DNA from: Oikopleura dioica
Taxonomy: Eukaryota; Animalia; Chordata
Assembly: GCA_907165135.1 (NCBI GenBank)
Contig: OU015567.1
Span: 9,548,001-9,612,000, forward strand
Direction: 5' to 3'
DNA length: 64,000 nucleotides
Position 1 is the first letter of the stretch, and each line of letters opens with the position of its first letter. Under the pieces are notes generated by a model that saw nothing but the letters and a program-made list of their open reading frames with translations, searched no databases and was not told the origin of the DNA. This document shows positions 15,501 to 28,110 of the stretch, piece by piece. A program made the translations under genes and the position numbers.

Positions 15501-16578
15501 AATTAAACATTGTTATTTTCTAAATTATTTTTTTTTTCAAACGAAACCAAAAAATAATATTTAAAGATCTGTAACGTGTCTTTCCCTGTTTTTCATCAAA
15601 ACAAAATCCGAATATTAAATTGTGTCCAAAATAAACTCTGTATTAAAATTTTTAAAAGGAAAATGATCCACTTACAAGAAACATCAATTTTGGCAATAAA
15701 TTTAATTTCGCAGCGTACAAGTCGACGAAAAAAAAGTCCAACCCGTTCCTTTCTTCAGCATCGCATCAAATTTAATCCGCTCATTGCATAGCTTTGTTAG
15801 GAATGCAAATTCCTGCCCTTCTAAAAACCAGAAGATACATACACACAGGCAGCACCTGATCGCAACAGCGCTAATCCTACTTTGAATTCGTTTAAAAATT
15901 TCAAAAAGAAGGAGCTGCGCGACGCGCTACTTCTCGGAAATTTGCATATCGGGCCTTGGACGTCGAGTTATTTAATAGAACCTTTATGAATTCGATTTTT
16001 CGCACCCTCGTGGAACTTGTCTGTGTTAACGGTTTCGCGTAAATTAGTCACGTGACAATTTTACATGTTTTAGAGATGACTTTAAGTGGCATGCAAAGCC
16101 GCTAGTGAAAACCTGTCAAAGGAAATCAGCATAAACTTATGACTCAATAACTCTTTCCTGATCGATATTAAAGCTACTGGCATTCTGTGTGCTTTCCAAA
16201 AAGGGTTCAAAAACTTCTGTCCAATATTCTTTCACACAGTTGAGTTCAACAAGCTCGATTTTAAGATGATCAGCGACAGCTCTGGCTGATTCAAAGTCCG
16301 CATCTGCCTGGCAAACTCCAAGCTCATCCTTGCCATCCCAATTTCGGGAGTGAACTCCAACAACCTCATGTCCCCGTTGCTTCATTCTTGGATAAGAGAC
16401 AGTCGCTAGCCCTTTAATAATAAAAATTGCTCAAGCGCAAATGGTAGCCAATTATTATCTATCGAAAAAGAAAGAATCTCAGTCCTAGCTTGAGCAAAAT
16501 CGCTGCAACTGCGGAATCAACACCACCCGACAATGCAACAGCAACACGCAATTTTCTCAATGAAACGAAGCGCATCAT
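12528..16578 (-). pseudogene. TRMU: Duplicated 5' part of TRMU, lacking the last exons
   Basis: Copy of 5617-9661. The exons at 2910-3710 lie outside the duplicated unit. Confidence 0.8.
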
Positions 16579-16676
16579 TCTAATCCAAATTGGCGTGTCA
16601 CTGTCTTTGTATTTTCAACCGCACAAGCGTATTTTTGCTTTATTAACAAAAACAAAGCTTTGCAGGAAATTCACTT

Positions 16677-19600
16677 TCAGGCTCTCTTCTTCTTTCGTTT
16701 TCCATCTGGCGTTTTTCCGCCTTTGCGCTTCACCGGAGCATCTCCATTTTCAGCCTTTTTCTCCACTCGTTCTCGTCCGATAGAAATGTTCGCTACTGAT
16801 TTTCGCGTTGACAATTCTTGCGACCAGTCGTTGTCATTTCCCTGGAAATAATATTTAGAATTGTTTCGAATTAAATCTTTTCTATTCGAAAATTTCGAAA
16901 TGGACAATTTGGAAATTTTGAAATAATAAAATAAGCGCGAGCGTCATCGTTATTTAAGCTTATATATTCTTCAATAAAACTTATCTCAAGTTTATATAAT
17001 CATGTCATTAATTTTTAAAGAAAACAGCTTGCTGGAATCAACAAGGAGAACCCAGTTTTCAACTCTTACTTTAATTTTATACTGCTGCAGTGCCTTGACC
17101 AATTCTTGCTTCTCCTTGGCCTGCTCTTCCTTGATTTTCGCTGCTTCTTCGTCCAGCACCGCATCGATTGCTCCTTCGTCTCCTTCTTCGATTTCCAGGT
17201 TCACCTTGGACTGTGGCAGATTAAGTTCTGCCTCAGCCTTGATCTAAATTATCAAACACTGATTCTTTGTTATTACAATTTTTGGTAATACCGTCTCTAA
17301 TCTTTTGACTTCTTCGTTTATTCTAATAATAGCGCGCTTGAAATGACCCAGGATTTGACTTGAAGGCATCGGTGGTAGTTGAGAGGTAAGGCTGATTTCC
17401 GACAGCTCATCCACCTTACGAAACAGTTTATGTAATGTATTCCATGCATAAATTATGCAGCGTAATGAAAGGTTAAAGATACTTATCCGCTAAATAAAGC
17501 AGCGAATCGATTGTTATTAAAATAATTACCGATTTGTATTGAAGCCCAAGCGCGACTAAAATCGCTTTCTGCTGCACAGAGAGTCCCTTGATTGTGATTT
17601 CTCCGGTAAAAATCATCTTGACAATCTGCGGCAGGATATCAACAATCAAATGATAATCGACAACTCCTTTTCCATACAGCTCCATTCGCTCCAGGTCGTA
17701 CGCAGTGAAATAGGTTTTCAAAAGACGCAATGATTCCGCATCTTCGGAGCTGGATTTACGACTGGTTTCGAGGATCTGCAAAGCCACAGCTGGCGAAAAT
17801 CGACGAAATTCATAGCCGAGCAGCGAGGCGAATCGCCGACTCGATTCGGTTTATTATATTTGAAAAAGAGCAGAGTTTTTGTCCATATCATAATTGCGAT
17901 AAAAGCTTGTTTATCATAAAGCCGTTCCTGAAATCATCCTGGAATCCTCTCAGGTACGCTCCAGAGCCTCGGATTGATTTTAAAAACACAGTAGAATGCT
18001 CCCCAGTTGTATCGTTTGCGTTTTGACGCATGTAAACTGCCCTAAAAAGTTCATGAGTAAATAAAATTCATCGAGAATTTAAACAAGGACGCTTTTGATC
18101 GATATTTCTTATTCCGAGAAAAAGCCCTCGTCAAATATTTTTATGAGTTCTTTGGCTCTTTTTTAAAAAGAGATTCTTCGAAGTTCTTTTATTCATAATC
18201 ACATTCGTCTTCCTTCTTTTAATGGCTGCCGAAAATCGAAGGTACTGTTCGAAGACAAAGTGTAACGAGGGCAAATTGATTATCGATAGCGTCATTTGAC
18301 TGAGAGGGGTCAATATTTTTCTAGCACATTAATAAAACCTGGAGTAATAAGAGAAGAGGATTCTGAAGACATCATGCCCTCGATGACCTCAGATGGTGGT
18401 AACGACTGTGCCAAGATGGGTCATTCTAAGTCTGCAGCTTCCCTCGAGGGTCAAGCCAGCGGATAGTTGCGCCAGAATGACGTAACACACTCCTAATCCT
18501 ATTTTTCACAAAAAGACCTCTCGTTAGACACTCACATTATTTCGCTAAAAACGAAGTCTGTTAAAAATCGCTTTTCGGGGAGGAAGGACAATCGATAAAG
18601 AAGAGCAAATTCGAGAAAAATTTTTATATCGAGATTCGTAATCGTGAAGCGCCATCGAATCGGAGAGGACAGAAGTTTATGTAATATTTCATAAGAAATT
18701 GATATAAAAGAAACGCTTTCAAATCGACTGAATTCATTTGGAGAAATTAACGGAAAATGAGTGAAAAATCGATGAACCAATTCACAACCGTACTCCGCGA
18801 CTGCCCAAAAGAAGCCGATTTAAAAGCCGCCCCAGAAAAGCTAGAAAATAACTGTATATTGAAAAAGTATGCAGAAAACCGGAAGGCTTCCCTTATCGGC
18901 CAGAAAGCGAGCAATACAGTTAAATTCTGTTCTGACCTCTATCCTCGCGGGGTTGACACTAGCGATTATGTCATCTTCGGTCAAAATGGTTCCGAAACTC
19001 CGAAAAAACGCAAGTCCGATTCTGACTCCAACTCTGAAGAAACCTCAAAAAAGACAAAAGTTGACACCACATCATTGATGAACAAACTTTGCGTCATTTG
19101 CTACTGTAGGCTCGCTGCATCACCTGGGAAAGATGGAGAAAATCCAGTCTTGATGACCAACTGTAGTCACATCTTTCATAAAAAGTGCTTAAATCAATGG
19201 ATCACGCATCAAAAGATCTGCCCTTGCTGCCGAAAAGATATTTAGAAAAAAGAAAACTGTACATTTTACCCTGTCCTGAAAACTTGAAAATATATTCACA
19301 TCATTCAAACCGATCGATATGATCACATCAGTCGAGGAAAACGCATCTTTGCGAGTGAATCTTATGTCAATGTTTCATAAACACCCGATATCAAGGAAGG
19401 ATGTACGATAGCAATGATAGAATCAATATAATTAATTTTACCTGTAACCAGAACGCGTCCAGAATCTCAGCAAATCCGAAGTCAACCCAAAGCTAACTCC
19501 AAGCCAGTCAAGAGGTTCCGCTCGTCTCTGATCAAGGCCATACATGATTGCGAGCTCTTTCTTTGGCTGGATCTTCTCGTGTAGCAAGTCGACTCCTTCA

Positions 19601-22600
19601 TCGATTTCCTCAACCCCTTCGGCTTCGATGTCGGGAAGATTGTCGGCGAGGGGGATCTTTCCGGCGTAGTATTCTTCCATTTGCCTGTAATCATATGATC
19701 AACTTTACATAATCTCCTTATGGGCGAATACGAATCGATATAATCTTATCGTGGTTCTGTATAAAGTTAAGAATCGAAATCATATTTTAAAATCAATACC
19801 AACTGAGGCAGAACGAATCCGAAAATACTTACCGCAAAGCTTCTTTGCCGTATCCCGCACGTTGGAAATCGGGATGTGTAGCTATTCTCACGACTCTCGC
19901 ACCTGAATAATATTTACGCCGGGGTTCTCATAAGACTATCACCTGAAAGTTCACCAAAGTCCAACTGTCGAAACTGTTCAGAAATCGTCCATGGGATAAG
20001 GTCGCCGGACGCCTTTCGACCTTCGCGAAGTGAATGCCTGATGCTTTCTTTTGCGATTTTTCCTTCATGAGCAACTTGTAGAACAACGAGTGGGACTGGA
20101 AGGCTGGTCTGTTCCGTGCTGACTGGGGCACAAAGAACGAACAAATGGTGGGCTGGGGCGTCGGAGAGAAGCTGGAGGTCGTTCGGTTGGTTTTTGTAAT
20201 GACTGAACATTGTTACAGTACACTTCAACGATCAATTCAGTACCTAGCGACATAAAGAGCCATCAAAGACGAAAGGAACTTCTCGGAGCTTTTGTTTCCT
20301 GAAAACAAAGCATCTCTGTTGACCCAGTACAAAGAGCAACTTGAAGGAGACGGAAGGGAAAAGGTTGCTCTAGGGATGTCACAATCCAGACAGAGAAGGC
20401 TGTTCAGCCAACATTCAACTGGGCAGTTAGGTGCGTAACGAATGGACTCGTCTAACGTCAGTTCGGATAGACTCCTTTGCCCAACTGCTGAACCGGATGT
20501 ATCTGCTTGACGCCTAGACAGAGTCAAAATAAGAATATTGATAATATTATATTGTGCTCTCATACCGTAAGTTATCCAGTAACTTCAAGCTCAACGATCT
20601 TCCAGTTCCTTCATATCCATTGACAGTGGATGACATGAAAACAAGATACGGTCCTAGTAGATTCTTCACGAGAGGCAAGGGAATCGCTGCTGCCTCGTCG
20701 ATGACAACTAATTCGGCTTGCGCAAGCATTTTATGGTCTGATGGGTCGATGTACTGTACTGTTTGGCGATGGTCACGCATCAAGTTTATTCTAACAATAG
20801 CTTTCTTCATGTCGTCTTGGGTCGATTGGATGATGTCGTAGTCCGAGTTTTGGTCGTATTTTAACGCATCCAATCCCTTGAGAACAAACTCAAAGAGAGT
20901 GCCCAAATTATCAGGCGACGGCGAAGTGACAAAGATATTCGCATATCCGTAAGCAAGAGCAGCAGCAATAGACAAACCGAGCGCAGCGGATTTACCACGA
21001 CCTCGAGCGGCAGTGAGAGAAACGGTCGTACGGAATTTCTTCTCGGTAATGATATCGATAAACTTGAGAAGCGCATTGCCTTGGTCGTAGGTTTTGCAAA
21101 GATTGAGAATAGATCCGATGGGTTGAGTATCCGCAAGGTCTTCTTTGATTTCCTTCAGTCTGTTGTCTGCTTCATTTGGTGGGGCTTTGCCTGTTTCTTG
21201 GTTGCAAAATATTGGATAAGAAAACCTGCGAAACGACATCAGATAAATCATTTATCATGAACGTAGTGTATTTTATCCTTCGAGTACAGAAATAATGCTC
21301 AGAAAAGTCATTTACTTATTTACATTCTTTACAGAGCGCAACTTGATTCTTGATAAAATCCCTACACGGGCATATTCTTCTTGCTGATGGTTCTTTTCCA
21401 GCACAACTGAACAGCAGCTTATCACCTTGAAAAACGCATGTTTTATCGTCATCGTCGAAGAAAGGAGAAATTATGTCAGATTCTTTTCGATAACTCAGGC
21501 AGTTGTGAGTCTGGGTAAGGATCATTTCTGTAGAATTCGTGATTGGAAACCAGCTTCGTTCGCACACTCGATGATGACTCTCGCAGACTTCATTACAGCT
21601 TTCACCTGGCTGGCCAAATTTAACCTTAACAGACGATCTCGGAGGCCAAGACGTCTCGCGTTCGCAAAAGTCTTGATGCTCCACATACGCGTGTATTCTT
21701 TGAAGCATGCCTTCGTGAGTGAATTCAAAAGGAACAAGCGGATCGATGCTCTTGGCTTTAACTTGGGTAAGCGCAGCTTTGATGTCCTCAGCATCGAATT
21801 GATTGTAGAAGAAATTGTAGGGGCGATCTAGACGTTCCATGTACGGATTCTGCGAGCTCAGACGTCGACTAATGATATTGATTTCTCATGAAAACGAAAA
21901 TTTCTACCTTGTCGGTTTCTGTTGCTGCTGGTATACATCTCGTTTTGGCCTAAATCTTGGCTGGATAAAGATTGCTCCATTAGCAACAGCTTCTAGTGCA
22001 GCAGGTCCTTCTGGAGGTGTTCCCAAACCCACATATGCTTTGGCAGACCTCAGAAGATCGAGAAAAGCACTCTGATTTACATATCCGTGATTTGTAATAA
22101 AATCTGGGACAGACGAAATGACGTCTTTGTTCTCTTCATCCTGTTTGCTCCACAAGGTCGCGTGAATTTCGAATTCTTGCTCACGTAACACTTTTAAAAT
22201 CAGCTTAGCTTCCGGCGAGTGAAGGACACTTTCTCGTTTTCCATAAAGGAGAACTCTATTTGCAACGCGTTTTTCAGCGTCGATTTTGTCCGCAGATATT
22301 CTGTGAACAACGAAGCCAACGAATGAATTGTCCATAGTGTGAGGCCACTGTGTCATGAATTGCTTTGTATCAAGAGAAAATTGTCCATATCCTTTTGGCA
22401 AATCATGTTTTCTTACGTATCCAGGGTGATTGTAAGCTGGCTCTGTCCCGAAGTTATCAAGGACTCGCAGGTTGCACTTGAATTTGGCCAAAGAGCCGGT
22501 CATTTGAATCATTTGTTGGAGGCCATGGACATCGGTATAGATAAGGTCAGCATCAGCAGGCCTCGCAAGGTGACATTGATCGAGGGCAGTGGAAGACGTT

Positions 22601-24431
22601 GTCATATAATTTTCCAGTGTTTTCTTAGACCAGGAAAGAATAAGTTTGTGCCCTAGGACGTAGAGCGATGAGATCAAATCGGACCACTGCACGAGTTCTC
22701 CAAGAGGGCCCCCGGAAAGCGCGCCCTTGCCGAAGTTGAGCCCGATCTCTTCTTCGAGGAGTCCCAGATGCAATAATATGACTCTCTTCGATCTCGGTTT
22801 ATGTTCAACAGTTCCGTCTTCCATGTGAACCTCGATCTCATCGTGAGGGAACATCTTGTCATAAGTTCTCTGCCATTTGACTTCATTCTCCTGAATTCTT
22901 CTGGCGATCCATTTGCAGACTTCGCCACAACGATCCAGCTGATTGTATAAACTTCCGAAATTCACGCCTTTGTGAGCTTGAGGAACATGTTTTTTAAAGT
23001 TATCGGAAATCTCTTTGGAGATATCAGTGCAGACGTCTTCGTGCTTGTAAAGATACTCGATGATTTGGCAGTCGGTGGAGTTTGGACGAAGACCATGTGA
23101 TTTGAAACACGATGAAGTGCTGTGATTCTCGCGGACTTGAGAAAGGCGGCGGAAACACTCTCGTTGAAAGCTTTACAGGATTTCGATTTCGCGTATTGTC
23201 CTAGTAAATAAAATCTTTGACGGACAAAGTCAGTTCATAAAATGATACAATTATGAAAGCGAAATTTCTATGAAAATGTATGTTCTGAGAGACAGTTGTT
23301 TTTATAATAGCTGGTCTGCCGTCAGCTGCTTCGGATAAGAAAGAAAACCCTTTCCTGATAACTTTGATTCCTTCGCACTCCATATCGACCTTCATCGACC
23401 TTGCTTCCGTGGGCGGTTTATGCTCGAAGAGCTCATGATTCAGCCTCGAAAAGAGCCAAAGCGTCACTCCAAGCCAGCAAAAAGCGATGAAGAAAAAAGT
23501 CTTGAAGAGGGACGAGCAGAATCCCATTTTTTAAAAGTCTTTCTTTTCTCTATATGTTAGTACAGTTTTTCATCTTTTGAATAAAGAAAAATTGTAAAAA
23601 TATTTGACAGCGGCAATATTATGTTGTTTAGCCTTAGGGCGGGCGCTTGAGCGCATAATGGGGTTGAGCGCGGCGCGGCTACGGGTTAAAGTTGAGCAGA
23701 AAATTTTGGCAACCAAGACCTATGGGCTGGACTTTCATGGCGTTGGAGATGGAGAGGAAGTTCCACTTGTCGTCAAGAAATATACAGTTGTTGTTCGACT
23801 TCAAAGACATGATAAATCGCTCGTTGAATCTTGGTTTGATGTGTTGGTGAGCTTCTGTTCTGTATCTCGCGTGTACGTCCATTGTGAGAGCATAGAGCTG
23901 TTTCATACTTGTCAAACTTTTTAGCAAGAAAACAATCATTCCGCCTCCTAAAAGATTGCTAACAAATTTTGAATCAAGGATGATTATTTAACCTTCAACA
24001 GTTTCGATAGTTCTAGCAAGCAAATTTGGCGTCATTGCTTCAAAATCTTGAAGGACGCACATTCCGAAAGTTTTACCCAACACCTTGTGAGTATCTTTGT
24101 AGTAGCACCAGCGAATGTCAGTGCCGCAGATGAAGAGTTCGAAGGGGTCATTTTCATTGATTTCTGTAATTCCATCCTTTAGCCGCTTCTCCAGCATCTT
24201 CTTTCGCTTCTTTCGGTGCGTCGAGAAGCCGAGCTCTTTTTTGTAACACCAGAGGACATTCGGCCTGGCTTTGACGGTCGCTTTCGAAAGAAAGTTGTGA
24301 AGGTGGACGACTTGATTCCTTCCCTGCTCGCCAACAAGACAGAGGACTGATCGCTGGCGAGTTTTGACGCAGTTTTCGATGAGTACTCGAAGACGATTGT
24401 CGAGCTTTATCCTCGTCTTTCCTCCATCCAT
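16677..24431 (-). CDS. NAT10: RNA cytidine acetyltransferase NAT10/Kre33, multi-exon
   Basis: [59 protein letters not shown], Walker [64 protein letters not shown] and a basic C-terminal tail. Confidence 0.97.
18757..19245 (+). CDS. Intronless RING-H2 zinc-finger protein nested antisense in a NAT10 intron (18042-19441)
   Basis: CVIC...CSHIFHKKC...CPCC is a C3H2C3 RING-H2 at the C-terminus of a 162-aa ORF. Confidence 0.85.
   Translation: MSEKSMNQFTTVLRDCPKEADLKAAPEKLENNCILKKYAENRKASLIGQKASNTVKFCSDLYPRGVDTSDYVIFGQNGSETPKKRKSDSDSNSEETSKKTKVDTTSLMNKLCVICYCRLAASPGKDGENPVLMTNCSHIFHKKCLNQWITHQKICPCCRKDI
21316..23527 (-). CDS. MGAT5: Alpha-1,6-mannosylglycoprotein 6-beta-GlcNAc transferase (GnT-V), nested on the same strand in a NAT10 intron (21197-23719)
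   Basis: N-terminal TM anchor, [92 protein letters not shown]. Confidence 0.93.
23550..23562 (-). promoter_or_regulatory. Branch-point and AG acceptor upstream of MGAT5 (candidate SL trans-splice acceptor)
   Basis: Minus strand reads TACTAACATATAG, ending 22 nt upstream of the MGAT5 ATG. Confidence 0.45.
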
Positions 24432-24547
24432 TCTTAAATTTAAATATTTTCTAAAAGCAGTATTGATTCAATGAGATGGCAGTTCTTTATTGAATCCGTG
24501 TTGTTGCCTTTAGTGATGAAGAAATTAGTGATAAAGAAATGAAGAGA

Positions 24548-26589
24548 TCAGGAGCTCTCTTTTCTACCGACTTCTTGATTTTCTTTCAATTTTGTGAGAG
24601 GCAACCCTGCCCAGTTGAGCTCAGGGCGGGTTTGAATGTGCAAGTGATACAGGCATTTCTTCGCAGCGTCATTTTCAGCATCATCTTGAGATCGTCCTCT
24701 GCCGATGACAGTGATAGGAGGCCGAGTAAAAGTCTTCAAAATGCACTGATACACAGAACGACTGTAAGGACGATTGATATTTGGCTGATTTTCTGAAAGA
24801 TCGAAGGACTGTTTTTGCTTTTCTTCGTCCTCACTTAAATAATTTTATTCGTATAACCGGAACTTCTAGGGTTCCGCACGATCGGAGGACCCAAATTTCA
24901 AAAACCAAAATTAACTATAAGAAATTTTGAAGTTTTAAGTGGGATTGAGGTTTTCGACTATGGCGAAGAAAATGACGATACTTATATTCTGATAACTCTT
25001 AAAATTCGCCGATTTATCTCGGTTTTTCCGGTATATTTCTGTCGCACACGTTCAGTCGCCCTCCCATTTAAAAGAACACCAAAAAATAATAGTTTTTGTT
25101 TTTAAATGAAATTATAACTCAGCGAACTTTTTGTGTGCTGATCAATTAAAGTTTTCAAAACTATTATCATTTTTATTTCCCGCGCGCTGATTGGTCGAAT
25201 TTCTGACTGTGTTGTTCAGATGGAAGAATCTTCAGTCTAGAAAAAGTCGCTTGCGCAGCTGACCAATCAGAGCGCATAAGCCTTTTAAACTTTATATTTT
25301 TAAATAGCTTTAAAATAACCAAAGAAATGGCATTGGGGGGAAACTAGGATCGGATATGGATTCTACTAGTCATTTTTAGTAGAATTTAAAAATTTTGGTA
25401 AATATAAAGTCTCTGTCCGAATCATGCGGAACCCTAGGAACTTCCTATCAGGAGGATGCATAATCAGATGATTTGCTCACCTTTCTGGCAGCTTGATTTC
25501 ATTTTTGCGCTTTAATTTGGGCCACAAAATGACGTACGAGAACTCGACATCCTTTCTGTTCTGGATTTCCTTCAGCTTATCTATCGGTTTCGGCACATAA
25601 TTCCTTAACAATCAAGTTATGAGAGTCCGTCAGACCGATCAATGACCCGCAAACATTGTGGCGCAAAGACAAAGTCCTATAGTTCCCGTGTGACGGCTGC
25701 GTCACAATGCTGATTCGGTAATGGGACAAGTTTAATCTTTCAACAATACCTTGATTCCGCTTCGTCTGTTTTCAAATCCTCGAATTCACCGTCTCTGATT
25801 TCTATGAAACGATTGCATCTGTTTCTGACGCCGTGGCAGAAGAGAATCTCGTCAAACTCCGGCTTTGAGTTCTTATTGTCAGTAACTTCAGCTTGTTTAT
25901 TCTTTGAATCACGATTTTTACGCTCTTGGTCGATTGCGTCTAAAATCAGCTGGGCGCAATTCTTAGCGGCTTGACGTTTTTCTGGAGAATAAGCCATCAA
26001 TACTTTTCCCTAAAGACGGCCCTTTTTAATCTTAAAAAATAACCCAAAATCATACCCTTAAACAGCCAAATTTAACTTTACTCGTATCTTTGAACTTGTA
26101 ATAGTACCGATGAATTTGACAACCCTCTCTCGACGTCATTTCCGAGCCGATTTCATAGTGTTCTTTCTCAACAAGCTTCTTATCTTTAAGGAATTTATCC
26201 ACTTCTCTTTTCGCATCCCCTCGATCCAAATCATATTTACTGCTTGGTAAGACTATGTCCATCAACGCGTCCTGTTCTCGCAGATGGATGAGAATTTTTT
26301 CGCCAAACTGATTTTTTAGCTTCTTCACATCTTTGCCTTTCCACTCTCCAAGAACATTTTCAGAACACTCTTCGAACATCTTCAGATCCTCGAACTCGGA
26401 TCTGCACTCTTTATGCAGTTTGAATTTCAGTTTAGTCTGGCCATCGTTTTCAATCTTTTCTTGGAGCTCGTAGTGCCAGCCGTGTTTTTGGTCCTTATCC
26501 GTTCTTCGAATCAGTGGCGGTTCATTCTTTCTACACCAATCTTCCCATAGTTTGAAGGGTTCTTTTAGCCAGAAATCATTGCTGTTCAT
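24548..26589 (-). CDS. dsRNA-binding protein with a TRBP/PACT/Loqs-like terminal dsRBM, multi-exon
   Basis: The last exon YQCILKTFTRPPITVIGRGRSQDDAENDAAKKCLYHLHI resembles dsRBM3 of PRKRA/TARBP2. The upstream ORFs (25740-26000, 26050-26589) are assigned to the same gene only tentatively. Confidence 0.6.
24867..25436. mobile_element. hAT-family MITE (570 bp), element A, in an intron of the dsRBM gene
   Basis: Imperfect TIRs TAGGGTTCCGCACGATCGGA and TCCGAATCATGCGGAACCCTA. Perfect 8-bp TSD GGAACTTC (24859-24866, 25437-25444). Subterminal homology to elements B and C. Confidence 0.93.
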
Positions 26590-26958
26590 CTAAAAACTTA
26601 CTGTAAGTGACCTCGATTCGAGTTGGAATGGTCGTATTAGCGTAAAACAAATCACATGATTCTCGATTCCGGCCACCTTCCACAATGTATACACGCAAGC
26701 GGATGCATTAAAATTACTGCTTTAGCAACTCGTGCATTTGCTGATAGATATCAGTAACGACGAGAGCAAATATGCAGGCTCTTATTCCTTTAAGTAAACA
26801 GACTATTGTACCGAGGGAAAGTGAATCGTTTATGTCAAATTGTTAACGTCACGACGTATCTTATTCTCTATCGCGCTAGATCGTTAATTTTTGGCACTAT
26901 ATAAGCAGCCTTCTGACAGCTCTGAGCATCAATCTTTAAAAAATACTCAAAGAAAAAA

Positions 26959-27990
26959 ATGAAACTTTTTGCTTCAACTCTCGTCGCCTCAGCTCTAGGA
27001 CATGGTCGCATGCTTGAACCTCCGGCACGAAGCAGCTACCTTCGGCTCTCAGGAGATCCCAACATCGACATGTCCAAAGTGACGCCAAATTATAACGATA
27101 ACGAGCTTTTCTGTGGTGGATTTCAGCACCAGGTTTCGAATGGCTACAAATGCGGTGTGTGTGGAGATAGCTATCTTCAAGCTCGACCGAGAGAGAACGA
27201 ATGGGGAGGGAAATATGGATCGTCAGGCCTAATCCCGCGAACTTACGAGTCCTCGGAAGAAATCCCCGTCACCATTCAGCTAACTGCTCATCACAAGGGC
27301 TTTTTCCAGTTCAAAATTTGCGAAATGACTCCTGAAATGTCCACCGAAGACGAAGATTGCTTCAACAGCCCCGAGTCGATCATGGAACTCGCTGACGGAT
27401 CAACCATCTGGGATGTTAACAACGGAGCAACAGGAACTTTCAACGGAAAGCTAAGGCTGCCAGATGACTTGTCCTGTGAGCACTGCGTGATACAGTGGAG
27501 ATATCATACTGGAAACTCCTGGGGGTGCGATGAAACTGGAAAATGTGGCCTTGGACTAGGAATGCAGGAGGAGTTTTACGGCTGTGCGGATGTTAAAATT
27601 AATCCTCGCACGGGTGGTCGTCCCACATCAACAGCTACATCTCCTAGTCCGTCTTCAACCGTTGAAAGTTCGACTAGCATGGTTTCCACTTCACCCCCAG
27701 AATCTACGACCGAACCGTTGACAACCACAACGTCTGGCACAAGATCAACTATAAAAACGACAACAAAGTCCACAACTGAAGATACAACAACTCCTAATAC
27801 AGAAAATTGCGAGGCCGCGAACTACTGCTCTAGCCCTTCCATACCCGCCGGAATCCACAAACACTGCTCAGACTGCTCTAAATTCATCCAATGCGCCAAC
27901 GGAATCACCTACATCAAGGACTGTCCTCCAGGACTACTGTTCAACGGAGAAACGAAAACTTGTGACTGGCCCTACAACGTCACCTGCTGA
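26959..27990 (+). CDS. Secreted AA15-type lytic polysaccharide monooxygenase with S/T linker and CBM14 chitin-binding domain (intronless)
   Basis: Signal peptide then His1 (G|HGRMLEPPARSS), TAHHKGFFQF, QWRYHTGNSWG, QEEFYGCAD, a Thr-rich linker and a six-Cys peritrophin-A domain. TATATAA at 26898-26904. Confidence 0.92.
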   Translation: MKLFASTLVASALGHGRMLEPPARSSYLRLSGDPNIDMSKVTPNYNDNELFCGGFQHQVSNGYKCGVCGDSYLQARPRENEWGGKYGSSGLIPRTYESSEEIPVTIQLTAHHKGFFQFKICEMTPEMSTEDEDCFNSPESIMELADGSTIWDVNNGATGTFNGKLRLPDDLSCEHCVIQWRYHTGNSWGCDETGKCGLGLGMQEEFYGCADVKINPRTGGRPTSTATSPSPSSTVESSTSMVSTSPPESTTEPLTTTTSGTRSTIKTTTKSTTEDTTTPNTENCEAANYCSSPSIPAGIHKHCSDCSKFIQCANGITYIKDCPPGLLFNGETKTCDWPYNVTC

Positions 27991-28110
27991 TTCCCAATCC
28001 GATGAACTCAAACTTCAAAATAGTTTTCAAACCATTTTCTGTGAAAAAAGCCATCTGCAGCACTTCCAAGCATGTTCTATTGAAAAAAATTGCACAATAA
28101 AATAGGAGTT

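Larger units (their letters stand above)
4866..18689. repeat. Near-identical tandem segmental duplication: unit 1 4866-11772, 4-nt filler TTGT, unit 2 11777-18689
   Basis: Every ORF in the track recurs at an offset of 6911 (6917 after about 7.9 kb). The junction reads ...TATGTAATATTT-TTGT-AAGTAGATAAACTC. Confidence 0.97.
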
